Shown here piece after piece: positions 1-7,931 of a DNA stretch of 64,000 bases. Position numbers and translations under genes: made by a program. The stretch comes from a bacterium (GTDB lineage Bacteria > Desulfobacterota > Binatia > HRBIN30 > CADEER01). The stretch's first letter is position 1; each line of letters starts with the position of its first letter. The notes beneath the pieces are model-generated. The model did no database searches. It had not been told where the DNA came from and saw only the letters and a program-made list of their open reading frames with translations. The stretch lies in contig JANNRA010000035.1 in assembly GCA_031401035.1 (NCBI GenBank), positions 1,322 through 65,321 on the forward strand. The letters are read 5' to 3'.

Positions 1-178
1 GGATCTCGTTCTCGAACTTCAGCGACCAGGTGGTGGTGACCGGATTGGAGACCTGTTTGTTGATCTCGGTCGTCGACGGCCGCGCCGGCGGCTCTGCCGC
101 GTCCGCGACCGACGCGACCAGCAGCAGCCCGCAGAGCGCCGCGCCGACGCGCGACGTGTGGCGGCTACCGCGGCTCAC
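1..178 (-). CDS. Partial (5' end only) secreted outer-membrane beta-barrel protein, MetA-pathway/transporter-like; continues beyond the window start
   Basis: Reverse-complement of 1..178 reads GTG-SRGSRHTSRVGAALCGLLLVASVADAAEPPARPSTTEINKQVSNPVTTTWSLKFENEI. This is a signal peptide plus an N-terminus resembling the 2813..3613 OMP (ETQNPVANLISVPFQNNFNF). The GTG start overlaps the BON gene stop (GTGA). Confidence 0.35.
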   Translation of the reverse strand, partial: MSRGSRHTSRVGAALCGLLLVASVADAAEPPARPSTTEINKQVSNPVTTTWSLKFENEI

Positions 179-753
179 TGCACCAATTGGAGATAGGAGC
201 GAACCGAGAGGACGCCGGGAACACTGTGCGCCTCGGAAATGAATTGCTCCGCATGTGCCTGGCTGTCGACGACGCCGATGAGCGCAACATTGCCGCCGTA
301 TACGGCGATGTCGACGCGCTCAGCGAAGAGGTTGGGGTCTTCGATAAAGGCGGCCTTCACCGCCGCCTCGATCTCCAGATCGCCAGCCGGAGACGGCGCT
401 GACGGTACGAAGAAGGTTTCCACCTGCACCACGCCGGGCGTCTGTTGCGCCAGCTGCACCGCTGCCTGCCCCGCCGGCGACCCGGGCGGCACGACGCCGG
501 TCAGTACGACGATGCCCTGCCGGCAGTACGCCTTGAGGCCGCCCGTGCCGTCGACCGGCGAATCGAGCAGCGCGGCCTTGACCGCAGCCTCGATCTCGGT
601 GTCGGACGCCTGCACGCCCACCGGCCGCAGGTCGGTCGCGACGCCGTAGGTCGCCGAGATCGCGGCGACATACGGATTGCAGCCGCCGGCGGCCAGGTTC
701 AGTCCGAGCAACAACGCCGCGACGGCGGCGCGGTTACTGCCCAAACGCCCCAT
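175..753 (-). CDS. BON-domain (OsmY-like) periplasmic lipoprotein with three BON repeats
   Basis: Signal peptide with lipobox (LLLGLNLAAGGC). Repeated 'DxEIEAAVKAAL...V.V....G.V.L.GVV' BON-like segments. Start chosen at MGRLGSN (cat at 751-753); the ORF track's upstream M at 786 is possible. Confidence 0.7.
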   Translation of the reverse strand: MGRLGSNRAAVAALLLGLNLAAGGCNPYVAAISATYGVATDLRPVGVQASDTEIEAAVKAALLDSPVDGTGGLKAYCRQGIVVLTGVVPPGSPAGQAAVQLAQQTPGVVQVETFFVPSAPSPAGDLEIEAAVKAAFIEDPNLFAERVDIAVYGGNVALIGVVDSQAHAEQFISEAHSVPGVLSVRSYLQLVQ

Positions 754-1078
754 CGCGACGTCCGTTGGCGGCGAAGCAGGTCTCATTGCCGGCCTGGCAG
801 ATGACGACGTAGACGTCGCGCTGGCCGCAGCCCTCGACGCCGACGGTGTACTCGACGCGGCTCATGCCGGCGACCCACGGCCCCTGGATAGCGGGGTTGA
901 TGAAGTCGCTCGACAGCACCGTCGCCGTCGCTCCCGGACAGTTCATGTCGAAGCGCCCGCGCTGCAGCGCCGTCTGCACCGCCGTCGGCTGCTGCTCGGC
1001 GAGCTGCTGCTGCTGCGACATGCAGCCGCCGACCACGGCGGCCAGGACGATTCCATACGCGAGGTGTGTCTTGGTCAT
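734..1078 (-). CDS. Small Cys-containing lipoprotein (hypothetical)
   Basis: MTKTHLAYGIVLAAVVGGCMSQQQ... has a signal peptide plus lipobox. A GGAG RBS lies just upstream. It is the 3' part of the long spurious ORF 734..1849. Confidence 0.55.
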   Translation of the reverse strand: MTKTHLAYGIVLAAVVGGCMSQQQQLAEQQPTAVQTALQRGRFDMNCPGATATVLSSDFINPAIQGPWVAGMSRVEYTVGVEGCGQRDVYVVICQAGNETCFAANGRRDGAFGQ

Positions 1079-1128
1079 GATGGCTCCTCTCTGCTCGTGC
1101 GTGGACAATATCTTTCGTAGTTGCTGCG

Positions 1129-1210
1129 TGGAGGGCGCCGCCCCGTCGGCGCCTGTGGAATGAAGCGACACCGCCCCAGTGCAACAGGCGCCCACGGGGG
1201 GGCGCCCTCC
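1129..1210. repeat. REP doublet (BIME-like palindromic unit) of the GGAGGGCGCCGCYCCGTCGGCGCC family
   Basis: Left arm GGAGGGCGCCGCCCCGTCGGCGCCTGT (1129-1155) pairs with right arm ACAGGCGCCCACGGGGGGGCGCCCTCC (1184-1210) as an imperfect inverted repeat. It is intergenic. Confidence 0.8.
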
Positions 1211-1251
1211 AGGGGCCAGGCAGTCGCGGTTCCTCGGCGTAGCGGCGCCCG

Positions 1252-1965
1252 TCAGGGGGCCGGGACGACGCGGTAGTAGACGCCGTTGGCCCCGTACGAG
1301 GGGCTGAACCAGGCGCCGTTGCAGAGATAGTAGGTGGCGCCGGCGACCGGCGTGTACGTGCAACCGGCGGCGGGCAGCGTCGCATAGATCGAGTTCATCG
1401 CGTAGGCGCTGCCGGCGGCCACGCCTTCGTTGTACGCGTTGGCCGTGGCGGCGCTGCCGATGGCGGCGCCGGCGACGGCCCCGGCCGCGACGGCCCCGGC
1501 GGTATTCCAGCCGCCGCAGTCGTAGCAACCGGCGCCGTACTCGTTGACCACGGTCGGCGGGTGGTAGGTCGAGTAGGTGCCGCCGTAATAGTTGGTGTCG
1601 GTGCCGCCCGAGGCGCTGCCGCCGTATGCACCGTGCGCCTGCCAGGAGCCGTCGCCGCCCGAGGCGGTGCCGCCGGACGCCCCGGTGGCGTGCCACGACC
1701 CGTCGCCGCCGGAGGCCGAGCCGCCGCGGTCGCCGGTACCGCTCCACGACCCGTCGCCACCAGAGGCGCTGCTGCCGCGGAAGCCGGTGCCGCTCCACGA
1801 CCCACCGCCCCCCGAGGCCGAGCCGCCGCGATAGCCGCTGGCGCTCCACGAGCCGCCACCGCCGGACGCCGAACCGTAGGCTCCGGCGTGGGCCCAGCCC
1901 TGGGCGCGCCCGGCGCAGGCGGTCGTGAATGCGAGCGCGACGATACCGATGACGAGGGCTCTCAT
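1252..1965 (-). CDS. Secreted glycine-rich repeat protein (tandem SASGG[G/D]GSW repeats, Cys-containing C-terminal domain)
   Basis: MRALVIGIVALAFTTACAGRA signal peptide. AGGAGG RBS upstream of the ATG (cat 1963-1965). At least six tandem 'GG/RGSASGGxGSW' units. C-terminus has four Cys and an Ala/Gly zipper-like stretch. Confidence 0.65.
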   Translation of the reverse strand: MRALVIGIVALAFTTACAGRAQGWAHAGAYGSASGGGGSWSASGYRGGSASGGGGSWSGTGFRGSSASGGDGSWSGTGDRGGSASGGDGSWHATGASGGTASGGDGSWQAHGAYGGSASGGTDTNYYGGTYSTYHPPTVVNEYGAGCYDCGGWNTAGAVAAGAVAGAAIGSAATANAYNEGVAAGSAYAMNSIYATLPAAGCTYTPVAGATYYLCNGAWFSPSYGANGVYYRVVPAP

Positions 1966-1982
1966 GCGTACCTCCTGCTGTC

Positions 1983-2798
1983 TCATTTCGCCGGCGCCGG
2001 TGCGGCCGCCGCCGGCGCCTTCGGGGCTGGCGGTGCGAACGGAATGCGCCGCGCCGCGGCGGCGCGCGTCGAGGTGAAGCTGCCGGCCGGCACCGGGCCG
2101 TTCAGGCGCCACTCGGACAGATCGACCTGATGGCGCAGCCGCGCCGGGTCGTTGGCGAAGACCGCTTTGATGCGGCGCGGCAGATGGTCGGCGGCGCCGA
2201 TCCAGATCTGCGCGAAGACGCGCGCGTTGGCGATCGCGACCATGTTGGTGGTGGTGCCGCCGACGACCTTCGACTGGCCGATGACGTAGGCCAGCGTCAG
2301 GCCCTCGGCGAGGTCCTTGTATGGATCAGCGACGATGACGTCGGCGAAGGGAAAGTAGATGGCGGCATTGTCGTAGACCGCCTTCAGGGTCGCGTCGATG
2401 GTCGGCGGCGCGGTCGCCACGGCGACCAGGTTCTCACTCGGCGAGTACGCCATCATGGTACGCCCGTCGACGTAGAACTCGCTCGCCTTGCCGTCGCCGG
2501 GCGTCAGCACGCGCAGCATGTCCGGCCGCTGCAGCGTCACCTTGGAGATGCTCGTGTACGACAGCGGCGGCCCGAGGCGGCTGGGGCTCTCGTAGGTCGT
2601 CGTCGCCGTGAACGACATCGTCCGCGCCGCCGCCAGGCGGGCGCTCATCGCCTGCAACAGCTCGAGCGCCGCGGGCTGCAGGACCGGCTTCGGCGTCGCC
2701 CGAGCCGTGGGCGGCGGCGGGGCTGGCAGTGGAGGAGGCGGCTTGGCGCAGCCGGCCAGCAGCAGCGCCAGGACAGCACAGGCTCGGAGCATGGGCAT
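1983..2798 (-). CDS. Periplasmic lipoprotein, LolA-like/DUF2092-like (putative hydrophobic-ligand carrier)
   Basis: MPMLRACAVLALLLAGC lipobox. GAGGGAG RBS. Pro-rich linker then a globular domain. The upstream 'extension' in ORF 1983..4376 is a spurious read-through of the antisense of neighbouring genes. Confidence 0.6.
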   Translation of the reverse strand: MPMLRACAVLALLLAGCAKPPPPLPAPPPPTARATPKPVLQPAALELLQAMSARLAAARTMSFTATTTYESPSRLGPPLSYTSISKVTLQRPDMLRVLTPGDGKASEFYVDGRTMMAYSPSENLVAVATAPPTIDATLKAVYDNAAIYFPFADVIVADPYKDLAEGLTLAYVIGQSKVVGGTTTNMVAIANARVFAQIWIGAADHLPRRIKAVFANDPARLRHQVDLSEWRLNGPVPAGSFTSTRAAAARRIPFAPPAPKAPAAAAPAPAK

Positions 2799-2812
2799 TA
2801 CGTTCTCCCTCG

Positions 2813-3613
2813 TCAGCGCGGAAAGAGGAACTGGACCTGGAAGCGGAGCTGCCAGTCGGGGCCGAAGTCGGGCGTCACGGCGTTGTAGAACGGCACCAGC
2901 TGGGTGTTGAGCGGCAGGCCGATCTTGCCGAGTCGCCACAGTTTGCCGACGCCGCCGCCGACCGGCACGGTCCAGTCGTCGCCGCCGGCGGCGGAGAAGT
3001 TGCCGGTGATGACCGGCGCACTGGTCAGGTACCAGCCGTCCGGCAGGTTGTAGTTGACGAAGGGCTGGATGAGCAGCGCGTTGACCTTGGTGTCGCGCCA
3101 GCCGACCATCGACCACTGCTGGTTGGCCAATGCGCCGACGACCCACGGACCGTGCATGTACAGGGCGACTCCGGTCGGGCCCATGCTCCACTGGCCGCTG
3201 CCGATCGCCGAGACGGTCGCGGTCGGGATCGTGCTGGTGACACCGACGCCCCAGATGAAGCCCTTGTCCGACGCCGGCGAGAGGAACACCGACGGGTTGA
3301 TGTCGCCCATGCCGAAGGCGTCGTCCATACCGGGCGCCAGCCCGGGTTGGTTGATGATCGGCACGATGGTGCGCGTGATCAGGTTCCAGTCCTCGTTGAG
3401 CGGGATCGGGATCACCGGCTGCACGTTCATGATCCAGATCATCTCGTTGTCCGGCCCGGCGCCGAAGTTGAAGTTGTTCTGGAACGGCACACTGATCAGG
3501 TTGGCGACCGGGTTCTGCGTCTCCTTGGCGAGTTGTTCGGCGCTCTGCTCGGCGTGCGCGGCGGCGGCGAGCAGCAGGAAGAGTCCGACGAAAAGGGCGA
3601 GTGGCTGGCCCAT
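2813..3613 (-). CDS. Outer-membrane beta-barrel protein, MetA-pathway-of-phenol-degradation/transporter family-like
   Basis: Signal peptide MGQPLALFVGLFLLLAAAAHA. Conserved N-terminal 'QNPVANLISVPFQNNFNFG'. C-terminal aromatic residue (…FLFPR). Confidence 0.6.
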   Translation of the reverse strand: MGQPLALFVGLFLLLAAAAHAEQSAEQLAKETQNPVANLISVPFQNNFNFGAGPDNEMIWIMNVQPVIPIPLNEDWNLITRTIVPIINQPGLAPGMDDAFGMGDINPSVFLSPASDKGFIWGVGVTSTIPTATVSAIGSGQWSMGPTGVALYMHGPWVVGALANQQWSMVGWRDTKVNALLIQPFVNYNLPDGWYLTSAPVITGNFSAAGGDDWTVPVGGGVGKLWRLGKIGLPLNTQLVPFYNAVTPDFGPDWQLRFQVQFLFPR

Positions 3614-3622
3614 GCATCTGCC

Positions 3623-4921
3623 TCAGAAGTTGTGAGCGACCGTGAAGCCGATGACGTTGAGTGAATTGGCCGAATAGTCGCCCTGCACGGTGCCGGCCAG
3701 CGGGCCGCGGGTGGTCTTGATCGGGGCGCTGCCGAGGCTCGCGTACTCGTAGGCGAAGCTGAGTTGGTAGTCCTCGGTGATGTCGTAGAGCACGCCGACG
3801 CCGAAGCGCAGTTGCTGGTCGATCGGCAGGGCCGGACCGCGGTGCGGCTCGGTGAGGGCCGAGCTGTCGTAGGCGAAGCCGAGCTGCAGCAGCGTCGGCG
3901 CACCGAGTCGGTAGTGGGCGCCGATGGCGCCGTGGAAGGTGTCGTCGAAGCCGGCGTCGGCGGCCAGCGCACGCGGCGGCGCCGAGGCCAGCGACACACT
4001 GTACTCGCCGAACTGGCTCCAGTCCTGCCAGCCGACATTGCCCATCAGCGCCAGGTCGTCGGTGATCGCGCCGTAGGCGCTCAGCATCACCTCCTGCGGC
4101 ACGGTCATATCGAGGCCGAGGTTGTTGCCGATCACCCCGGAGCCGCGCAGCACCGCGTCCAGGCCGGGCCCGAGGTTGTTGAACGACGGCACGTCGTCGA
4201 AGCTCTGGTCGACCTGCGAGCGATAGGTGAGGCCGACGCGTACGCGTTCGTTGATCTCGTACAGCGCGCCAACGTTGCCGCCGAAGCCGACGTTGCTGTC
4301 CTCGTACTTGAGCTGGCCGTCGGGGAGCGCATCGAGCACGTTGTTGACCGCTGCCTGGGAGTTGAGCTTCGCCCACTGCACCGAGAAGCCGACGCCGAGC
4401 GACAGCTGCGGCAGCACGCGATAGGCGATGACGGGGTTGAAGTTCAACGTCAACAGCTCGGCTTTGGTGGTATAGTACCGACCGACCCAGTTGCTGTCGT
4501 AGCTGAGGGCGCCACCGAGGTACGAGTTGAAGCTGGCGCCGATTTTGAGCTCGGGCAGGATCGAATAGACGCCGTAGAAGCTACCGGCCGGCACGAAGCC
4601 GCCGGCGTTGCCACCGTTGGTGCCCGTCGCCGTGGTTTCCCCTCCACTGTCGAACTCGGTGGTGACGATCAGCGGCTGCAGCCCGAACAGGAGGTGCGTT
4701 CCATCGAGGCGCGCCATGCCGGCCGGATTGCCGAACGCCGTCGAGGCATCCTGGGCCAGCGCGGCGCGCCCGGCCGCCGCCGTGCCGAGGTCGGGCGTGC
4801 CGACCTCGTAGAGGCCGAGCCCGCCGGCCGAGGCGCGGCGCGCCGTCGCGCCGAGCAGCGCCAGCGCGGCAAGCGCCGTCAGCGCCGCGCGGCGCCACGG
4901 TCTGCGGATCTCCTTGCACAT
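3623..4921 (-). CDS. fadL: FadL/OmpP1/TodX-family outer-membrane transporter for hydrophobic compounds
   Basis: MCKEIRRPWRRAALTALAALALLGATARRASA signal peptide. Family-like N-terminus (GLGLYEVGTPDLGTAAAGRAA...AFGNPAGMARL). C-terminal F. Start chosen at cat 4919-4921. Confidence 0.8.
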   Translation of the reverse strand: MCKEIRRPWRRAALTALAALALLGATARRASAGGLGLYEVGTPDLGTAAAGRAALAQDASTAFGNPAGMARLDGTHLLFGLQPLIVTTEFDSGGETTATGTNGGNAGGFVPAGSFYGVYSILPELKIGASFNSYLGGALSYDSNWVGRYYTTKAELLTLNFNPVIAYRVLPQLSLGVGFSVQWAKLNSQAAVNNVLDALPDGQLKYEDSNVGFGGNVGALYEINERVRVGLTYRSQVDQSFDDVPSFNNLGPGLDAVLRGSGVIGNNLGLDMTVPQEVMLSAYGAITDDLALMGNVGWQDWSQFGEYSVSLASAPPRALAADAGFDDTFHGAIGAHYRLGAPTLLQLGFAYDSSALTEPHRGPALPIDQQLRFGVGVLYDITEDYQLSFAYEYASLGSAPIKTTRGPLAGTVQGDYSANSLNVIGFTVAHNF

Positions 4922-4925
4922 ACCT

Positions 4926-5228
4926 TCACCCCTCTCGTTCACCGAGCTCGTCGAGCAACCGGCCCAGCACTGCCAGCAGTTCCTCCCGCGACGCAAACGG
5001 TTCGCGCCGCCCGGAGCTGAGGTGCTCGACGCGGCCCGCGCAGCGCTCGCTGACGTGCGCCGTCTCGCGGCTGAACTGGACGACGAACGCCTTCCACGCC
5101 GGCAGCGCCGGGCGCGCGGACGCTTCCCCCGGATCATCCGGATTCATGCCGACAGCATGCGCCGATGCGGCGCCATAGGTCCGGAAGAAGGTCGGAAACT
5201 TCGCGGAAATCCCGCCCGCGGAGGGCAC
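4926..5228 (-). CDS. Small hypothetical protein upstream of fadL (possibly shorter, starting at MNPDDPG)
   Basis: High GC3 coding-like ORF ending 5 bp before fadL. No recognisable domain. Confidence 0.25.
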   Translation of the reverse strand: MPSAGGISAKFPTFFRTYGAASAHAVGMNPDDPGEASARPALPAWKAFVVQFSRETAHVSERCAGRVEHLSSGRREPFASREELLAVLGRLLDELGEREG

Positions 5229-5411
5229 CTCCTCAGGCGCGTCGCGAAGTGTGCAGGCCGACCAGGCGGGCGATGGTGAGGGTGACCGCGAGCATGCGCG
5301 CGACGAGGATCGACCGCACCAGCAGGACGACGCGCGGCGCCCGATCGAAGGTCAGGGGCGGTGGCGGCATCGGGCGTTGCCCACGCAGTCAGGTCGGCGG
5401 GACCCTGCGGC

Positions 5412-5519
5412 GATCCCCTCACCCTGACCCTCTCCCGGCGGGAGAGGGGACCCGGACAGGCAACGCGGTGCTTGCCAAAGTCCCCTCTCCCGCCGGGAGA
5501 GGGTCAGGGTGAGGGGATC
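5412..5519. repeat. Perfect 39-bp inverted repeat pair separated by a 30-bp spacer (MITE-like/large hairpin element)
   Basis: Left arm gatcccctcaccctgaccctctcccggcgggagagggga (5412-5450). Right arm 5481-5519 is its exact reverse complement. Each arm carries an internal near-palindrome ctctcccgGcgggagag. Confidence 0.85.
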
Positions 5520-5722
5520 CACATCGGAACAGTTGCGCGACTTCAAGGGCAAGAACGCGGCGGGCCGCGTCAGGCGCGGCGCACGACGCGCCGCGTCTCG
5601 ATCAGCGTCAGGCGGGAGGACGCCACCGCCGATGCGGCGGCGCGGGCGGCACGCAGCGCCTCGCCGCCGGGCTCGGCGAACAGCCAGCGCAGGACCGCGC
5701 TGGTCTCCGCGTAGAGCGTCAC
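5520..5722 (-). pseudogene. vapC: vapC-like PIN-domain toxin remnant (frameshifted, then truncated by the inverted-repeat element)
   Basis: GTG start overlaps the antitoxin stop (GTGA). It reads MTLYAETSAVLRWLFAEPGGEALRAARAAASAVASSRLTLIETRRVVRRA*, which is VapC N-terminus-like ('YLDTSALV...LVTSALTRVE..R'). After the TGA, the +1 frame continues DAARRVLALEVAQLF (PIN-like) and then runs into the 5412-5519 element. Confidence 0.5.
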
Positions 5723-6045
5723 CGCGCGCCGCGTTCGGCGTCGAGCAGGTCGCGGCTGGCGACGGCCTCCGCCAGCGCCGACGGTCGATACGCGCCGGCG
5801 TCCTGCGGCAGGCCCGCGACCAGCACCCCTTCGGCGTAGAGCCGCGCCAGCGCCTGCTCGTGCACGCTGCGCGGTGTCCCCGGCCCCGGCTGGCGCAACT
5901 CGGCCACCACCTGGCCGCGGTCGGTCACCAACACCACCTCGCCGTTGCGCACCTCGCGCAGGTAGCTACTGAGTCGGTTCTTCAACTCCTTGACGGCCAC
6001 AGCCTTCAGGTCGTCGAAGAAGCCCCGCGTAGCTACCGGTGTCAA
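5719..6045 (-). CDS. Phd/YefM-family type II antitoxin
   Basis: …FFDDLKAVAVKELKNRLSSYLREVRNGEVVLVTDRGQVVAELRQP is the canonical Phd/YefM N-terminal fold motif. The start codon is uncertain (TTG at 6045, or an internal CTG before KAVAVKEL). Confidence 0.7.
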   Translation of the reverse strand: MTPVATRGFFDDLKAVAVKELKNRLSSYLREVRNGEVVLVTDRGQVVAELRQPGPGTPRSVHEQALARLYAEGVLVAGLPQDAGAYRPSALAEAVASRDLLDAERGAR

Positions 6046-6138
6046 CCGGCGTTCCCGACTCGGTCGCGGCCCCGCCCTCAGGGTGGCGGTGGAACGGACG
6101 GAGTCGTCGGGAGGCGACAGGGTGGATCTCCCGTCTGG

Positions 6139-7374
6139 TCAGTCGAGGTGCTTGTAGATGCGCCCGTCGCGCATCACCAGGTGGATGCGGGCGGCGTCTT
6201 GCAGCGCGGTGATCTCGTCGAGCGGCTGGGCGTCAACCAGAATCAGGTCGGCGCGCTTGCCGGGTTCGATGCTGCCGATCTCGTCGGCGAGACCGAAGAG
6301 CTCGGCGTTGTTGCGTGTCGCCGACAGGATCGCCGCGTGCGCGCCGAGCACGGCGGCCTTCAGCGCCAGCTCCATCGCCTTGAACGGTTGCATCGACGCC
6401 AGCACGTCGGAGCCCGAGCAGATGCGCAGCCCAGCGGCGCGCGCGATGTGCAGCGAGCGCGCCCCGCCGGCGCGCGCCTGCTCGATCTTGGCCAGCATGC
6501 GCGCCGGGATGCCCTGCGCGGCGCCGAACTGGCTGATGAGCTCGTAGGTGGTCAGCGTCGGCACGAACCAGGCGCCGGCGGCGCGCATCGCCGCGGCCGA
6601 CTCCTCGTCGAGGAAGTTGCCGTGCTCGATGCTGCGGACGCCGGCGGCGAGGGCGTTGAGGATGCCCTGTGGCGTGTACACGTGCGCCATGGCGACACGC
6701 CCGACGGCGCGCGCCTCGTAGCAGGCGGCGGCCATCTCCTCGATGGTGAACTGGGTGTGCTCGAGCTCGTCGGTGGGCGACATGCAGCCGCCGCCGCCCA
6801 TGATCTTGATCGCATGCGCGCCGCTGCGCAGTTGCTCGCGCGCCGCCAGGCGCATGGCGTCGGGCGAGTCGCAGATACGCGGCGTCGCGACCAGCCCGGG
6901 GATGCCCTCGAGCGGCGCGTGCTGGTGGTGCGGCTCGCGCCAGTCGCCGTGCCCGCCGGTCTGCGACAGGCAGGCGCCGGTGAACAGCACGCGCGGGCCG
7001 CGCAACAGGCCGCGCGCGATCGCCTGCGGGAAGCCCCAGTCGAGGCCGAAGGCGTCGCGCACGGTGGTGAAGCCGGCGTCGAGCGTCTGCTCGAGGACGT
7101 CCTTGATGCGCAGCGCCAGGGTCGCGGGGGAATCGCGGCGCGCGGCGGCGGGGTCGGTCTCGACGATCGCGGCGTGGATGTGCGCGTCGGTCAGGCCGGG
7201 CATCAGCGTGCGACCGGCGCAGTCGACCAGCGTCGCGTCGCGCGGCAGCACCGGCTCGTCGCCGCGCGCCACCTGCGCGATGCGCCCGTTCGCGACGACC
7301 ACCGTCGAGCGGGCGACCGGCTCCGCACCGGTACAGTCGAGCAAGGTGCAGTTGCGGAAAACGGTGGTCGACAT
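6139..7374 (-). CDS. Amidohydrolase-family metal-dependent hydrolase
   Basis: MSTTVFRNCTLLD…PGLTDAHIHAA (HxH metal site) …HAIKIMGGGG… and SGSD motifs. Start chosen at cat 7372-7374; the ORF track extends upstream to 7482. Confidence 0.8.
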   Translation of the reverse strand: MSTTVFRNCTLLDCTGAEPVARSTVVVANGRIAQVARGDEPVLPRDATLVDCAGRTLMPGLTDAHIHAAIVETDPAAARRDSPATLALRIKDVLEQTLDAGFTTVRDAFGLDWGFPQAIARGLLRGPRVLFTGACLSQTGGHGDWREPHHQHAPLEGIPGLVATPRICDSPDAMRLAAREQLRSGAHAIKIMGGGGCMSPTDELEHTQFTIEEMAAACYEARAVGRVAMAHVYTPQGILNALAAGVRSIEHGNFLDEESAAAMRAAGAWFVPTLTTYELISQFGAAQGIPARMLAKIEQARAGGARSLHIARAAGLRICSGSDVLASMQPFKAMELALKAAVLGAHAAILSATRNNAELFGLADEIGSIEPGKRADLILVDAQPLDEITALQDAARIHLVMRDGRIYKHLD

Positions 7375-7483
7375 GTCGCGTTCTGACCACACCGGCAGGA
7401 GAAACGGAACCGCCCGTCTCACTTGGGCGCTGTGGGGCGGCCCTGTCGACGAGACCCGTGGTTCAGCATTGACAGCGGACAAC

Positions 7484-7568
7484 CTGGAGGGCGCCGCTCC
7501 GTCGGCGCCCGTGGCATCAGCCTGGCTTGAGATCCGAGCGAGAAGCGCGGACGGAGCGGCGCCCTCGG
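7484..7568. repeat. REP doublet, 5' of the RAYT gene
   Basis: GGAGGGCGCCGCTCCGTCGGCGCCCGTGG (7486-7514) pairs with GCGGACGGAGCGGCGCCCTC (7547-7566) as an inverted repeat. Confidence 0.8.
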
Positions 7569-7931
7569 GATCATCAAAATAGCGGGCGGTCCATTTTCAT
7601 GGCTTTCGTGACGACCTCCGCTCCATCGTCGTGGGGAGCTTGGCGGATGTTCTCTTTGCCTCCCGGATCGGTACTACGGAAAAGGCCAGGGGCAGGAGCG
7701 AAAAGTGGTTCTGCATTTCCTCTCCCGTGTAGACCGCTAGTCCGGGGCGCCTGAGCGCGCGTGTCACTACTGAGGGGGTGGCTCAGTCGATCCCTGACGT
7801 GGTGGCGCTCTTGTCGGTGCCGGAACGGGCCCCAAGGAACGTACGGTCGCGCGGCGTTCGGCATGCACGCGATGCTTCGTCGCGGCGCCGGTATTGCCGG
7901 TTGCGTGACACCCCACTAAGCGACTCGGCAT

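Noticed and set aside
734-1849. 371-aa ORF on the minus strand spanning the Gly-rich gene's antisense
   Set aside because: Arg/Gly-rich nonsense typical of out-of-frame high-GC DNA. Only its last 114 codons (734-1078) form a plausible lipoprotein with signal peptide and RBS.
1983-4376. 797-aa minus-strand ORF
   Set aside because: Only the C-terminal 272 aa (from MPMLRAC…) are protein-like. The upstream 525 aa are an Arg/Pro/Gly-rich read-through of the antisense of the OMP and fadL genes.
3764-5020. 418-aa plus-strand ORF antisense to fadL
   Set aside because: Low-complexity. It fully overlaps a well-supported FadL CDS on the opposite strand.
5509-7386. 625-aa plus-strand ORF
   Set aside because: It is antisense to the amidohydrolase gene. 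Composition is Arg/Ala/Gly-rich with no motifs. It is a high-GC artefact.
7740-7830. tRNA-like start 'GGGGGTGGCTCAGTCG'
   Set aside because: No T-loop (GTTCGAATCC-like) or acceptor-stem complement follows. I could not fold a cloverleaf. I found no tRNA, rRNA or CRISPR repeats anywhere in the window.
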